A DNA stretch of 64,000 nt, from positions 64,529-128,528 of the forward strand of contig JBAUPV010000006.1 in the NCBI GenBank assembly GCA_049580385.1, read 5' to 3'. The position numbers and the translations under genes were made by a program. Of the stretch, positions 8,084 to 16,371 are shown piece after piece (positions within the stretch are counted from its first letter, which is position 1; each line of letters opens with the position of its first letter). This DNA is from Desulfobaccales bacterium. GTDB taxonomy: Bacteria; Desulfobacterota; Desulfobaccia; Desulfobaccales; 0-14-0-80-60-11. Under the pieces are notes generated by a model. That model did not search any database, was not told the origin of the DNA, and worked only from the letters and a program-made list of their open reading frames with translations.

Positions 8084-8395
8084 ATGAGTAAAGAAGAGCA
8101 TTCCATCAAAAGCGTGGTGGAGCAGGTAATAAAGGAAGAAGTGCCCAGATTTATTCAGCAATTAGCCACGGGGGTCAGATATCCCTACCTGGGAGCTTTA
8201 GCCCAGGGCTGCTGCGCCGATAAGGGCTGTTGCAGAGTTCAGGGGTGTTGTGGCGATCAAGGCTGTTGCTCAAAACAAAGGGGCGTTATGGAGTTAATCG
8301 CGGACCACCCTGCCCGTCTGGAAGCTTACATCATGTCCCACAAAGACGAGGTTATGAAATTTTTCAAACAAAGAGGGGTTGAACTTAATCTTTAA
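8084..8395 (+). CDS. Cys-rich (GCCxxx)n repeat small protein, paralog 3
   Basis: 103 aa. The core is GCCADK-GCCRVQ-GCCGDQ-GCC (aa 42-62, nt 8207-8269). It is clearly alignable to paralog 2 along its whole length. SD GAGGAG is present. Confidence 0.75.
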   Translation: MSKEEHSIKSVVEQVIKEEVPRFIQQLATGVRYPYLGALAQGCCADKGCCRVQGCCGDQGCCSKQRGVMELIADHPARLEAYIMSHKDEVMKFFKQRGVELNL

Positions 8396-8584
8396 ATACT
8401 TAAGGTGTCGTCATTCCTTCAAGATAATAAAACGACTTCAAGTATTATCTTTATATATAAAAATCCTAACCCGTCTGATAGATTATCCGACTGACCGACC
8501 ATAGATATAGGGCGCAACTCTCATCAGCCCTGAGACATTTGGCTCGCAGAATCGATTGAGACCGGCATGGCGATATGAGCAGAA

Positions 8585-8977
8585 ATGGTATATTATGCCC
8601 TGGCAAATCTCGTCATAGTAGTCCACCTGGCGTTTGTTATTTTCGCAGCTTTAGGTGGATTCCTGGCGCTCAAGTGGAGGCGCCTGGCCTGGCTTCAGGT
8701 ACCGGCCTTCTTGTGGGGGGCGCTCGTTGAACTCGCCGGTTGGGTGTGTCCGCTCACCCCTCTGGAGAATTGGCTGCGGGAGAGAGGCGGGGGGCTGGTT
8801 TACCGTACCGGCTTTATCGAGCACTATCTCCTCCCCCTCCTCTACCCTTATAACCTCACCCGCGGCATCCAGGTCTTCCTGGGCCTCCTGGTGCTGAGCG
8901 TTAATCTGGGCCTCTATGGGTGGCTCTTATGGCGAAGGCGCCAAAGCCGGGCCCAACTCGGAGGTAAGAATCCTTAA
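8585..8977 (+). CDS. DUF2784-family small membrane protein
   Basis: Four predicted TM helices. The motif GWVCPLTPLENWLR...GFIEHYLLPLLYP matches my memory of DUF2784. Confidence 0.6.
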   Translation: MVYYALANLVIVVHLAFVIFAALGGFLALKWRRLAWLQVPAFLWGALVELAGWVCPLTPLENWLRERGGGLVYRTGFIEHYLLPLLYPYNLTRGIQVFLGLLVLSVNLGLYGWLLWRRRQSRAQLGGKNP

Positions 8978-8995
8978 TGGGAACTTATTAAGACT

Positions 8996-9571
8996 ATGGA
9001 AACTTCCCCTATTCAGGCCAGCAACGATTGGGTGAGAACCCTTCTGCTGCTGGGGGTCTTGACGGTCTGGGTTGCGCTCCCCGGCGTGGCGGCGGCCTAT
9101 TTAAGCGTAGGTGAGCCGGCCCCGTTTTTTAGCGTGGAATCCGGAGATGATGAAAATCTCACGCTGGATATGCTCAGAGGCAAAGTAATAATCCTCTTCT
9201 ATGAAACCCGGGAGGTGGTAAGGAAGAACCGGGAGTTCAAGGATTATCTAAAGAGCCTGTACAATGGCCTGCCGGAGGCTGTTCAGGAAAATGTCTTCAG
9301 ATTGGTGGTGATCAATTGTTTGGATGCGTCCTTCGCGACCAGGCCCATTTGGAGAATGAAGTTAAGGGAAGCCTCCGAGAGACAGGGGATGACCATTTAC
9401 GGAGATTGGACCGGCGACATGCTTAGAGATTACCAGATGCAGGACGACGAAAGTAATTTCCTGGTTATCGACAAGAACGGCATCATAAGATATATGGCCA
9501 CCGGGTTAATAGAAAGAAGCCAGTTTGAAAAGCTTAAGGAGATGCTGCTAAACCTGGCTAATAATAAGTGA
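8996..9571 (+). CDS. exported thioredoxin-fold (redoxin/YtfJ-like) protein lacking a CxxC
   Basis: Signal/anchor LLLLGVLTVWVALPGVAAA. A redoxin-like beta-strand pattern follows (VGEPAPFFSVES...LRGKVIILFYETREVV), with no Cys where CxxC normally sits. The GC content is lower than the flanks. Confidence 0.4.
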   Translation: METSPIQASNDWVRTLLLLGVLTVWVALPGVAAAYLSVGEPAPFFSVESGDDENLTLDMLRGKVIILFYETREVVRKNREFKDYLKSLYNGLPEAVQENVFRLVVINCLDASFATRPIWRMKLREASERQGMTIYGDWTGDMLRDYQMQDDESNFLVIDKNGIIRYMATGLIERSQFEKLKEMLLNLANNK

Positions 9572-9885
9572 TAAACCGCCGGCAATGCTGCCACTTCCGA
9601 GGGTTATTCTTAAGAGTCACCTGCTGGAAAGATGAAAGGAGATTGACCGATAACTTGGGAGAAAATAATGGACAGTATCATTAAATTCATGTCGGATACC
9701 ACCTTGTATTGGCGGCACACAGGGACCGAGTGCGATGTTTGATTTTGGATCAATAATTTTAATGGGGGTTACAATACTAATCTTAATTATTGGTTTTCTT
9801 ATTAATTTATTTACTTATATATAAATAATAGATCCAGAGAATAGAGTCCAGAACCTTTGGGCCACATCATAACGGAGGTGAGCAT

Positions 9886-10464
9886 ATGACCGCACCTGAT
9901 ACCTTCATCCACCCGTTTTTATCGAGCATTCAGGGGTTGCAGAAGAACTGGGGCTGGCTCCTGGCACTGGGGATCATCTCGATTATCCTGGGCATCCTGG
10001 CTCTGGGTTCGTCGGCCTTTTTTACCATGGCCTCCATGATCTTTTTTGGGTGGATCTTGCTGATAATGGGGGTCTTGGAACTGGTCTACTCATTCTGGCA
10101 GCGGCATTGGGGCGGTTTTTTCCTGCATCTTTTAAACGGCATTCTTGCGGGCGTAGCCGGGGTGATATTGATCGGCAACCCGGCGGCCAGCGCCCTCATC
10201 CTGACGCTCATGCTGGCCATGTTCTTCATGGCGGCGGGCTTGTTCCGGATCATCACCTCTCTGGCCATGCGCTTTCCCAGTTGGGGGTGGCGACTGTTCA
10301 ATGGCATCATCACCCTGTTGCTGGGCATATTGCTGTGGGCCCAATGGCCGCTGTCGGGACTGTGGGCGATCGGGATGTTTATCGGGGTCGACCTCATCTT
10401 CAGCGGTTGGGCCAGCGTGATGTTGGCCCTGGCGGCGCGCAGCCTGCCGTCCCGGACTGTCTGA
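9886..10464 (+). CDS. hdeD: HdeD-family (DUF308 repeat) membrane protein
   Basis: Six TM helices with repeated DUF308-like segments (GILALGSSAFFTMASMIFFGWILLIMGVLELV...). Confidence 0.75.
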   Translation: MTAPDTFIHPFLSSIQGLQKNWGWLLALGIISIILGILALGSSAFFTMASMIFFGWILLIMGVLELVYSFWQRHWGGFFLHLLNGILAGVAGVILIGNPAASALILTLMLAMFFMAAGLFRIITSLAMRFPSWGWRLFNGIITLLLGILLWAQWPLSGLWAIGMFIGVDLIFSGWASVMLALAARSLPSRTV

Positions 10465-10538
10465 GGAGCGGATGCGGTATTTATCGAGATAATTTTGACC
10501 GGGGGGGCTAGAAGTTCCGATCCCCGGCGCCAGGCGGA

Positions 10539-11744
10539 CTAGAGATGATCGTAGGTTTGGCCCTGGTGGTTCAGGTAGGCGACGGCCCGCTTGATGCCTG
10601 CCAGGGTGAGGTCTTCCATGGGGAAGATCTTACCGATCTGCCGGACTGTCAGACTCTCATGGGGCCAGTATTCCTTCCTGATGGGGTTGAGCCAGACGCT
10701 TACCGGATATGACGCCCGCAGCTCTTCGAGCCACTCCTGGCCGGCCTTGCGGGCGCTGGTATGGATATCGATGGAGCCGCTGGCGGCCATCAGTTCGGAA
10801 GGCGCCATGTTGGCGTCGCCGATGAGCACCAGCCTGGTGCTCTTGGTTTCACCCAGGAACCTTTCCCAGGGCACCGGCTGCCGCCGCTTAAGATCTTTGT
10901 ATACGGTGCCGTAGATGCAATTATGGAAGTAATAGAAGCGGATATCCTTGAAAAGATCCCCCAGCTTATTGAAGATCATTCTTACCAAAGGGACATAGGC
11001 GTCCATGGAATAGCCGCCGTTGTCGAGTAAGACGATCAACTTCAGGCGGTTGCGCAACTCCCGTTCGAAGACCAGCTCAATTTCGCCCCCGTTTTTGGCG
11101 GTCCGGGCGATGGTGGCGTCGATGTCCAGTTCGGTTTCCGGCCCGGTCGGCCTCAGACAGCGGAGACAGGCGAGGGCTTGCCGCAGGTTTTCGTTGGAGA
11201 GGGTCGATCTTTCACTGTAATCGAGGTAGCGCCGGGAATCGATGACCTTCTGAGCCGAACGATGCAGGCTCCTGCCGTAAACCCGGATGCCGCCGGCATT
11301 GAGGCCGCTATGGCCATAGGGAGACCTGCCCCGGGTGCCCACCCAGGTGCTGCCGCCGTGGTGCTGCGCCTGTTGGGCCAGAACGGTCTCCCAGAACCTG
11401 GCCAGCAGCTCTTCATTGCCGAAGGCGCGGATCTCATCCGGGGAGATGCGGCCGGCGTCGATTTGCTCTTGGAGCCATTCCCGGAAAGGTTTGCCGGACA
11501 TTACCTCCTCCCAGTCCCTCATCTTCTGCCAGAGGCCGGACTTGAGGAAGTAGGAGGAGAACACCTGCTCGAAAATATCGTAGTGCTCGACCCGCTTCAC
11601 AAAGATGAGCCGGGCCAGCAGGAAGAGCTGGTCAAGATTCGAGGCGATGCCGCGCTGGAGCGCCCGGTAGAACTCCAGGATATACTGGACGCTTACCGGG
11701 ACCCCGGCCTCCCGCAATTCATAAACGAAGCCAACCATGGTCAC
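10539..11744 (-). CDS. VWA-domain protein, CoxE-like
   Basis: C-terminal VWA domain (LKLIVLLDNGGYSMDAYV...LVLIGDANMA). It is paired with the upstream MoxR/CoxD-like ATPase. Confidence 0.75.
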   Translation of the reverse strand: MTMVGFVYELREAGVPVSVQYILEFYRALQRGIASNLDQLFLLARLIFVKRVEHYDIFEQVFSSYFLKSGLWQKMRDWEEVMSGKPFREWLQEQIDAGRISPDEIRAFGNEELLARFWETVLAQQAQHHGGSTWVGTRGRSPYGHSGLNAGGIRVYGRSLHRSAQKVIDSRRYLDYSERSTLSNENLRQALACLRCLRPTGPETELDIDATIARTAKNGGEIELVFERELRNRLKLIVLLDNGGYSMDAYVPLVRMIFNKLGDLFKDIRFYYFHNCIYGTVYKDLKRRQPVPWERFLGETKSTRLVLIGDANMAPSELMAASGSIDIHTSARKAGQEWLEELRASYPVSVWLNPIRKEYWPHESLTVRQIGKIFPMEDLTLAGIKRAVAYLNHQGQTYDHL

Positions 11745-11771
11745 TTTAGCCGCAGGCTTTGAGCAAGTTTG

Positions 11772-12599
11772 CTAAAACCGCCCCGGTTTGGTAATCCCTT
11801 TAAATTTCAACAGGTCTTCGGTACGTTTGAGCAGGGTGCCGATGTGGGCCAGGTTCCGGTCGGCGCCGGGGGCCTTCACGCCGGCGGCCTGCAGGGAGCC
11901 TAGCCAGTCCAGGAGTTCCGCCGTGGCCGGCGGCTTCTCGAAACCTTGCTCCCGCAAATGGTAGAAGTTGGTCAGAGAGTCCTCCAGAAATGGCTCCGGC
12001 AGGTTGGGGTGATGAAGATTGACGATATTGATCATCTCCTCGCGGCCCGGAAACGGAATGTAGTGGCAGAAACAACGGCGCAGAAAGGGATCCGACAGCT
12101 CCCGCTTGGCGTTGCTGGTGATAATGATGATGGGCCGCAGGCGCGCGGTCACCTTGTGATTGATCTCCCGGATCACAAAAGACCCGTCCTCCAGGACGTC
12201 CAGGAGGTTGTCCTGGGTGTCCGAATCGGTCTTGTCAATTTCATCCAGCAGGAGGAGGCGCCGGTCTTCGGCCAGGAAGGCCCGGCCGATGGGGCCAAAA
12301 CGGAGATAATCCCAAATGTTGTTGACGTCCCGTCCGGTATCGCCGCTGCCGAACCGGGAGTCGTTCAGCCTAAGCACCGTGTCATATACGTAGCAGAGCT
12401 CTTCGCCCTTGAAGGTGGACTTGCAGCGGGCCTCTTCCATGTTCAGGCCCAGGGCCCGGGCAATTTCAAAGGCCAGTTGGGTCTTACCGGTGCCGGCCTC
12501 CCCGGTAAGCAGCAGGGGCTTTTCCATGGCAATGGCGATATTGACGATTTCCCGCAGTTCGGGCGAGAGATAATAGCGGTCGGTTCCGGCAAACTGCAT
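11772..12599 (-). CDS. MoxR/CoxD-like AAA+ ATPase
   Basis: Walker A GEAGTGKT, Walker B LLLLDEIDK, and a sensor region IIIITSN. Confidence 0.85.
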   Translation of the reverse strand: MQFAGTDRYYLSPELREIVNIAIAMEKPLLLTGEAGTGKTQLAFEIARALGLNMEEARCKSTFKGEELCYVYDTVLRLNDSRFGSGDTGRDVNNIWDYLRFGPIGRAFLAEDRRLLLLDEIDKTDSDTQDNLLDVLEDGSFVIREINHKVTARLRPIIIITSNAKRELSDPFLRRCFCHYIPFPGREEMINIVNLHHPNLPEPFLEDSLTNFYHLREQGFEKPPATAELLDWLGSLQAAGVKAPGADRNLAHIGTLLKRTEDLLKFKGITKPGRF

Positions 12600-12771
12600 C
12601 CTGGCAACTCCCTTCCCAATCGAGTTATGCAGGCGGGCCCGGATAAAGGGCGCCCCTGACCTTAATCATAAATAATACCAAATCCGCCTGCCGGCAGCAA
12701 CCCGTCGCCTGGGGCCGGAAATTCAGGTTAGGCTGCCCAGGCAACTTCCGGCCAAACGGTTTGAGGCTCGA

Positions 12772-13635
12772 TCATCCCCTATCCTGCCTCTGCGGAGTCA
12801 CCCAACTCCCTACCTTGGTGTATCTTAACGCAACCGTCTTGAGGTCTGGGCGGCGCTTTAAGAACTCCTCCTTCATTTCCCGGAGCCAGTCGGCGTGCCG
12901 TCTTGCCTCTTCAGGGCCAAGGAAGAAGCAGTGGTTGCCCGGCTGCGTCTCCATTTGCAGCCGGCCTTCCTTCCAAACATAGGCGCCGGAACTGCTGCAC
13001 AACATGCAGCGCACCTGGCCTGCGGGGAGAAAACGAAAGGTGTCTCCTCCGCAAATCGGGCAAACGGGCGCCAGGGGAGGCACCCTTTCCTTGCCAGCGT
13101 ACAGCGCCGCCGCCAGCCGTCTGGCCGTCTCCTTTCCTTCCTTCCGCAAAAATATCTCCCCTGGCAGGGCGCCATAGACTACGGCAGAGCCTCTCAATTC
13201 TCCCATGGTCAATCTAATGAAACTCTCAACATTCAATTTGGTGCAGCCTTCCATGCCGTCGATTCCGGCGATGGCCACGCCCACCGCCGGTTTTCCCCAA
13301 AGCCGGTCGATGTGGGCGTAAAAACTGAGTCCTCTATCTAAAAACCGCTTCAGGCTGGCATTAGCCCCCAGCAGATACGTGGGGGCCGCGACCACATAGG
13401 CGTCAGATTGGCTCAAGGTCTCCAGCACCAGGGCAAAATCGTCGTCCTGGGGGCATTTCTCCTCGCCGAACAGGCACTGGTAGCACGCCTTGCAGGGGCG
13501 GAGATCCATGTCCGGCAGCCTGATGAGTTGCAGCTCCCAATCTCCCGGGAGTTGCAGGAAGAGTTCCTTGATAAAGAGCTCCGAATTGCCAAACTTTCTA
13601 GGGGATGCCACCAGGCCGAGTAAGGTTTTCGCCAT
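12772..13635 (-). CDS. iron-sulfur flavoprotein (Isf/NADPH-dependent FMN reductase family) with a C-terminal Cys4 extension
   Basis: MAKTLLGLVASPRKFGNSE is a flavodoxin-like N-terminus. The compact cluster motif is CKACYQCLFGEEKC (Cx2Cx2Cx6C). The C-terminus has CPICGG...CMLC. I chose the start at 13635 because GGAGGGGGG lies upstream of it; the ORF track starts at 13683. Confidence 0.65.
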   Translation of the reverse strand: MAKTLLGLVASPRKFGNSELFIKELFLQLPGDWELQLIRLPDMDLRPCKACYQCLFGEEKCPQDDDFALVLETLSQSDAYVVAAPTYLLGANASLKRFLDRGLSFYAHIDRLWGKPAVGVAIAGIDGMEGCTKLNVESFIRLTMGELRGSAVVYGALPGEIFLRKEGKETARRLAAALYAGKERVPPLAPVCPICGGDTFRFLPAGQVRCMLCSSSGAYVWKEGRLQMETQPGNHCFFLGPEEARRHADWLREMKEEFLKRRPDLKTVALRYTKVGSWVTPQRQDRG

Positions 13636-13810
13636 TTTCCCCCCCTCCTTTTTTCCATATTGCCTACGGCACCATTGGTTCATGAAAATATGACTTGTCA
13701 GGGTGCCTTGATCCCAACGACGCTAGCCATGTTACCACCGATAGGTGAAATAATCCTGGAGAACCATGGTATCGGCCCCCATAAATTTATTTACCCGGCC
13801 AGCCCCAAAT

Positions 13811-14821
13811 CTAGCGTCGAACCGGAAAAGGCTGGACACATCGCACTTCTTTATGGGGGTTGCGTCTCGCCACCTCTTCGGCCCGGCTGCCGGTTGCCAC
13901 GTAGACGGGCTCGGGTCTCTCTTTGAGGGGTTTCACTATCTGCCGATAATAGGTCTTTTTATCGGATAGATAATCGACTTGGACGTCTTCCCCCGCCGGG
14001 CAGACCGCCATGCAGTATCCACAGCGGTCGATGCGAAACATGAGGGATTGCCACAAGGCGGCCGTCTCCCGGTCCTGGAAGCGGGCGCGATAGGCTCCCA
14101 TATCGGCAGATGAGATGACGGCATCGATCCAATCCTGAAAACCCATCATGTTATAATGGTAACTGTGGGTGCTGCAGGCCTTGAAGTCAAAGGTTCCATC
14201 TTTGCTGATGGCGCCTACCGGGCAGACGTCCACGCACAGGCCACACTTGAGGCAAGGGTTGTCTGCCAGGGGCTCATCATATTGATCGACTTCGGCATTG
14301 ATCAATATAGAGTTTAATTGGAGATAGTTCCCATGTTGCGGGTGCATGACCAGGCGATTGACTCCCATGTGCCCCAGGCCCGCGGCTACGGCTACAGTCT
14401 TGTGGCTGACATCCCAGATCTTCCCTGGCCAACGGCTCATATCCATGGGAAAGGACTTCGGCAACACCACTCCCCGGATACCCCGCTCGTTCAGGCGCCG
14501 CAAAATGTCCCGGCAGATTCGGGAGAACTCATCACCGACACAATGGGATTCATCGTTGGCCGGGTAGCGCGCTGGACTTTGCAGGTTTTCCCGGTTCAGC
14601 ACCCGCATCAGGGCAATGATACTCCGGGTAGCCGGATATACCCGGAGGATGCCTTCCCGTTCACTAGACAGGCCTTCCCGGGCGATATCTACGAAGCCGG
14701 CAGCATCGGCCCCGGCGTCCAGGCAAAGTCGCCTTAACCGGTCCCGGGAGAATTTTAGTTGCTTATTCCCCGCAGCCAGTAAGATTTTGGCGCTTATCGG
14801 TTTTGCTTCCTGCGGATTCAT
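13811..14821 (-). CDS. 4Fe-4S double-cluster protein, QueG/reductive-dehalogenase-like fold
   Basis: Two ferredoxin-type motifs: CLKCGLCVDVCP and CGYCMAVCP. The N-terminal region resembles the DUF1730/QueG arrangement. Confidence 0.5.
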   Translation of the reverse strand: MNPQEAKPISAKILLAAGNKQLKFSRDRLRRLCLDAGADAAGFVDIAREGLSSEREGILRVYPATRSIIALMRVLNRENLQSPARYPANDESHCVGDEFSRICRDILRRLNERGIRGVVLPKSFPMDMSRWPGKIWDVSHKTVAVAAGLGHMGVNRLVMHPQHGNYLQLNSILINAEVDQYDEPLADNPCLKCGLCVDVCPVGAISKDGTFDFKACSTHSYHYNMMGFQDWIDAVISSADMGAYRARFQDRETAALWQSLMFRIDRCGYCMAVCPAGEDVQVDYLSDKKTYYRQIVKPLKERPEPVYVATGSRAEEVARRNPHKEVRCVQPFPVRR

Positions 14822-14882
14822 GTGAACCTCCTCCTTTAAGGGATTGACCCTTTCCGGAATTAACAGATTGCCCCCATGCTGG

Positions 14883-15659
14883 TTAACCCTTCCGGCGCTT
14901 TTCCAGGAACGCCTCCAAACCCTGGATGACCTCCGGGCTCGAGCAGCAAATAGCGTAGCATTTAGCCTCCAAATCCAAGCCCTGTTCCAGTGTCAGGTAC
15001 CCTGCCTGCCGGACGCAGTCTAGAATGCTGCTAACAGCCAATCGAGGCTTGGCAGCCAACCCTCTCGCAACCTCTCTAACCCGTTCCATTAGGTTCGAGG
15101 CTGGGACCACCTCGTTGATTATCCCCAGCCGCAAGGCCTCAGCCGCATCGAGCATCTCCCCCAGCAAGAGGATCTCCAGGGCCTTTTTCCGGCCCACCAG
15201 CAAAGGCAACTGCTGGGTTGCTCCTGCCAGGGGGTTGAAGCCCAGATTGACCTCCGGTTGGGCGAATCTGGCCCCTTCTGCGGCAACTGCGAGGGTGCAG
15301 GCATACAAGACCTCCATCCCTCCCCCCAGGCAATAGCCATTGACCGCGGCAATGACCGGTTTGCCGAGGTTCAGAAAGGGCTCTATGAGTGCGCTTCGGT
15401 AGGTCACGGGTCTCGATGAGGAAGAACCGGTTTTAACTCTAGCGAGCATCTCTTTTACGTCTGCCCCGCCGATGAACGCCTTGTCCCCGGCTCCGGTCAG
15501 GATAACCACCCGCACCTTAGGGTCGTCTCCGGTCTGCTTAAGAGCACTGGCTAGATCCGCGATAGTGGCCCCGTTAAGTGAGTTTAAGACTTGAGGGCGA
15601 TTTATGGTAATGGTGGCGACCCCTCCCCCAGTTTCATAGAGCAGATTTTCAGATCCCAT
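14883..15659 (-). CDS. enoyl-CoA hydratase/isomerase (crotonase family)
   Basis: VATITINRPQVLNSLN...VVILTGAGDKAFIGGADVKEM...AAVNGYCLGGGMEV. Confidence 0.85.
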   Translation of the reverse strand: MGSENLLYETGGGVATITINRPQVLNSLNGATIADLASALKQTGDDPKVRVVILTGAGDKAFIGGADVKEMLARVKTGSSSSRPVTYRSALIEPFLNLGKPVIAAVNGYCLGGGMEVLYACTLAVAAEGARFAQPEVNLGFNPLAGATQQLPLLVGRKKALEILLLGEMLDAAEALRLGIINEVVPASNLMERVREVARGLAAKPRLAVSSILDCVRQAGYLTLEQGLDLEAKCYAICCSSPEVIQGLEAFLEKRRKG

Positions 15660-15701
15660 GGCAGCCTCCTTTGTGCATATACACGTATCTGGTCAAAAAA
15701 A

Positions 15702-16169
15702 TTAGATCTTACGAGTCAAGGTAATGGTTTCCCCCAAGTCGCAAAGCAAGTTTTCCAGCCGCTCCCTCCCCAACCCCTCCAGAAGGTGGGCCTGGGCCTG
15801 GGCCCATAAGGATGCCGCCTGTTCCAGGACCTCATATCCAGGCGGCGTCAGCGAAACTTCCCGTTCCCGCCGGTCCTCTCCCGATTGAATCGTGATAAAT
15901 CCTCTTTTTTCCAATACGACCAGATTGCGGGTAAGGGTGGTCCGATCCATAACCGTGATCTTCGCCAGTCGGGTCAAGGTTACCGGGCCGTTTATTCTGG
16001 TGGCCATCAGCAAAGCAAACTGAGTAGACCGGAGGCCGGCGGGCCGTAAAAACCTATCATAAAGATGGGTGATGGCCCTGGCGGCTTTCCTGATATTGAA
16101 GCAAACACAGGCGCGCCCCATCTCCAGACATCTGGCTTGATCCAGGGAATTTGGCGGCTTAATGGTCAT
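15702..16169 (-). CDS. MarR-family transcriptional regulator
   Basis: Winged-helix region LRSTQFALLMAT...VTLTRLAKITVMDRTTLTRNLVVLEKRGFI. Confidence 0.8.
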   Translation of the reverse strand: MTIKPPNSLDQARCLEMGRACVCFNIRKAARAITHLYDRFLRPAGLRSTQFALLMATRINGPVTLTRLAKITVMDRTTLTRNLVVLEKRGFITIQSGEDRREREVSLTPPGYEVLEQAASLWAQAQAHLLEGLGRERLENLLCDLGETITLTRKI

Positions 16170-16230
16170 CGGTTTCCTAGTAAGAGTATATACACCTATT
16201 TCTGGCTGTCAACCCTTTTTTAATTTTCTT

Positions 16231-16351
16231 GAGGGCCGCGACCCTAATCCCGGGGCGGCCTAAGCCCGCCAATATTAGGCGGGCAGAGCCCGCCCTATAA
16301 TCTCAGGGTAGGTAGCCGCAGGCTTTAGCCTGCGCAGGCTAAAGCCTGCGA
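16231..16351. repeat. mosaic cluster of GC-rich hairpin repeats (BIME-like)
   Basis: ggggcggcctaagcccgcc / ggcgggcagagcccgccctata / gtagccgcaggctttagcctgcgcaggctaaagcctgcgac. Related units recur at 17.9, 19.7, 47.4, 53.2, 57.3 and 61.1 kb. Confidence 0.8.
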
Positions 16352-16371
16352 CTTCCTGGTCCCGGGTTGGT

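Noticed and set aside
10539-12599. MoxR/CoxD-like ATPase plus VWA/CoxE-like pair considered as a novel defence or maturation system
   Set aside because: This two-gene module is widespread and well known as a chaperone-like pair. No unusual partner genes are attached here.
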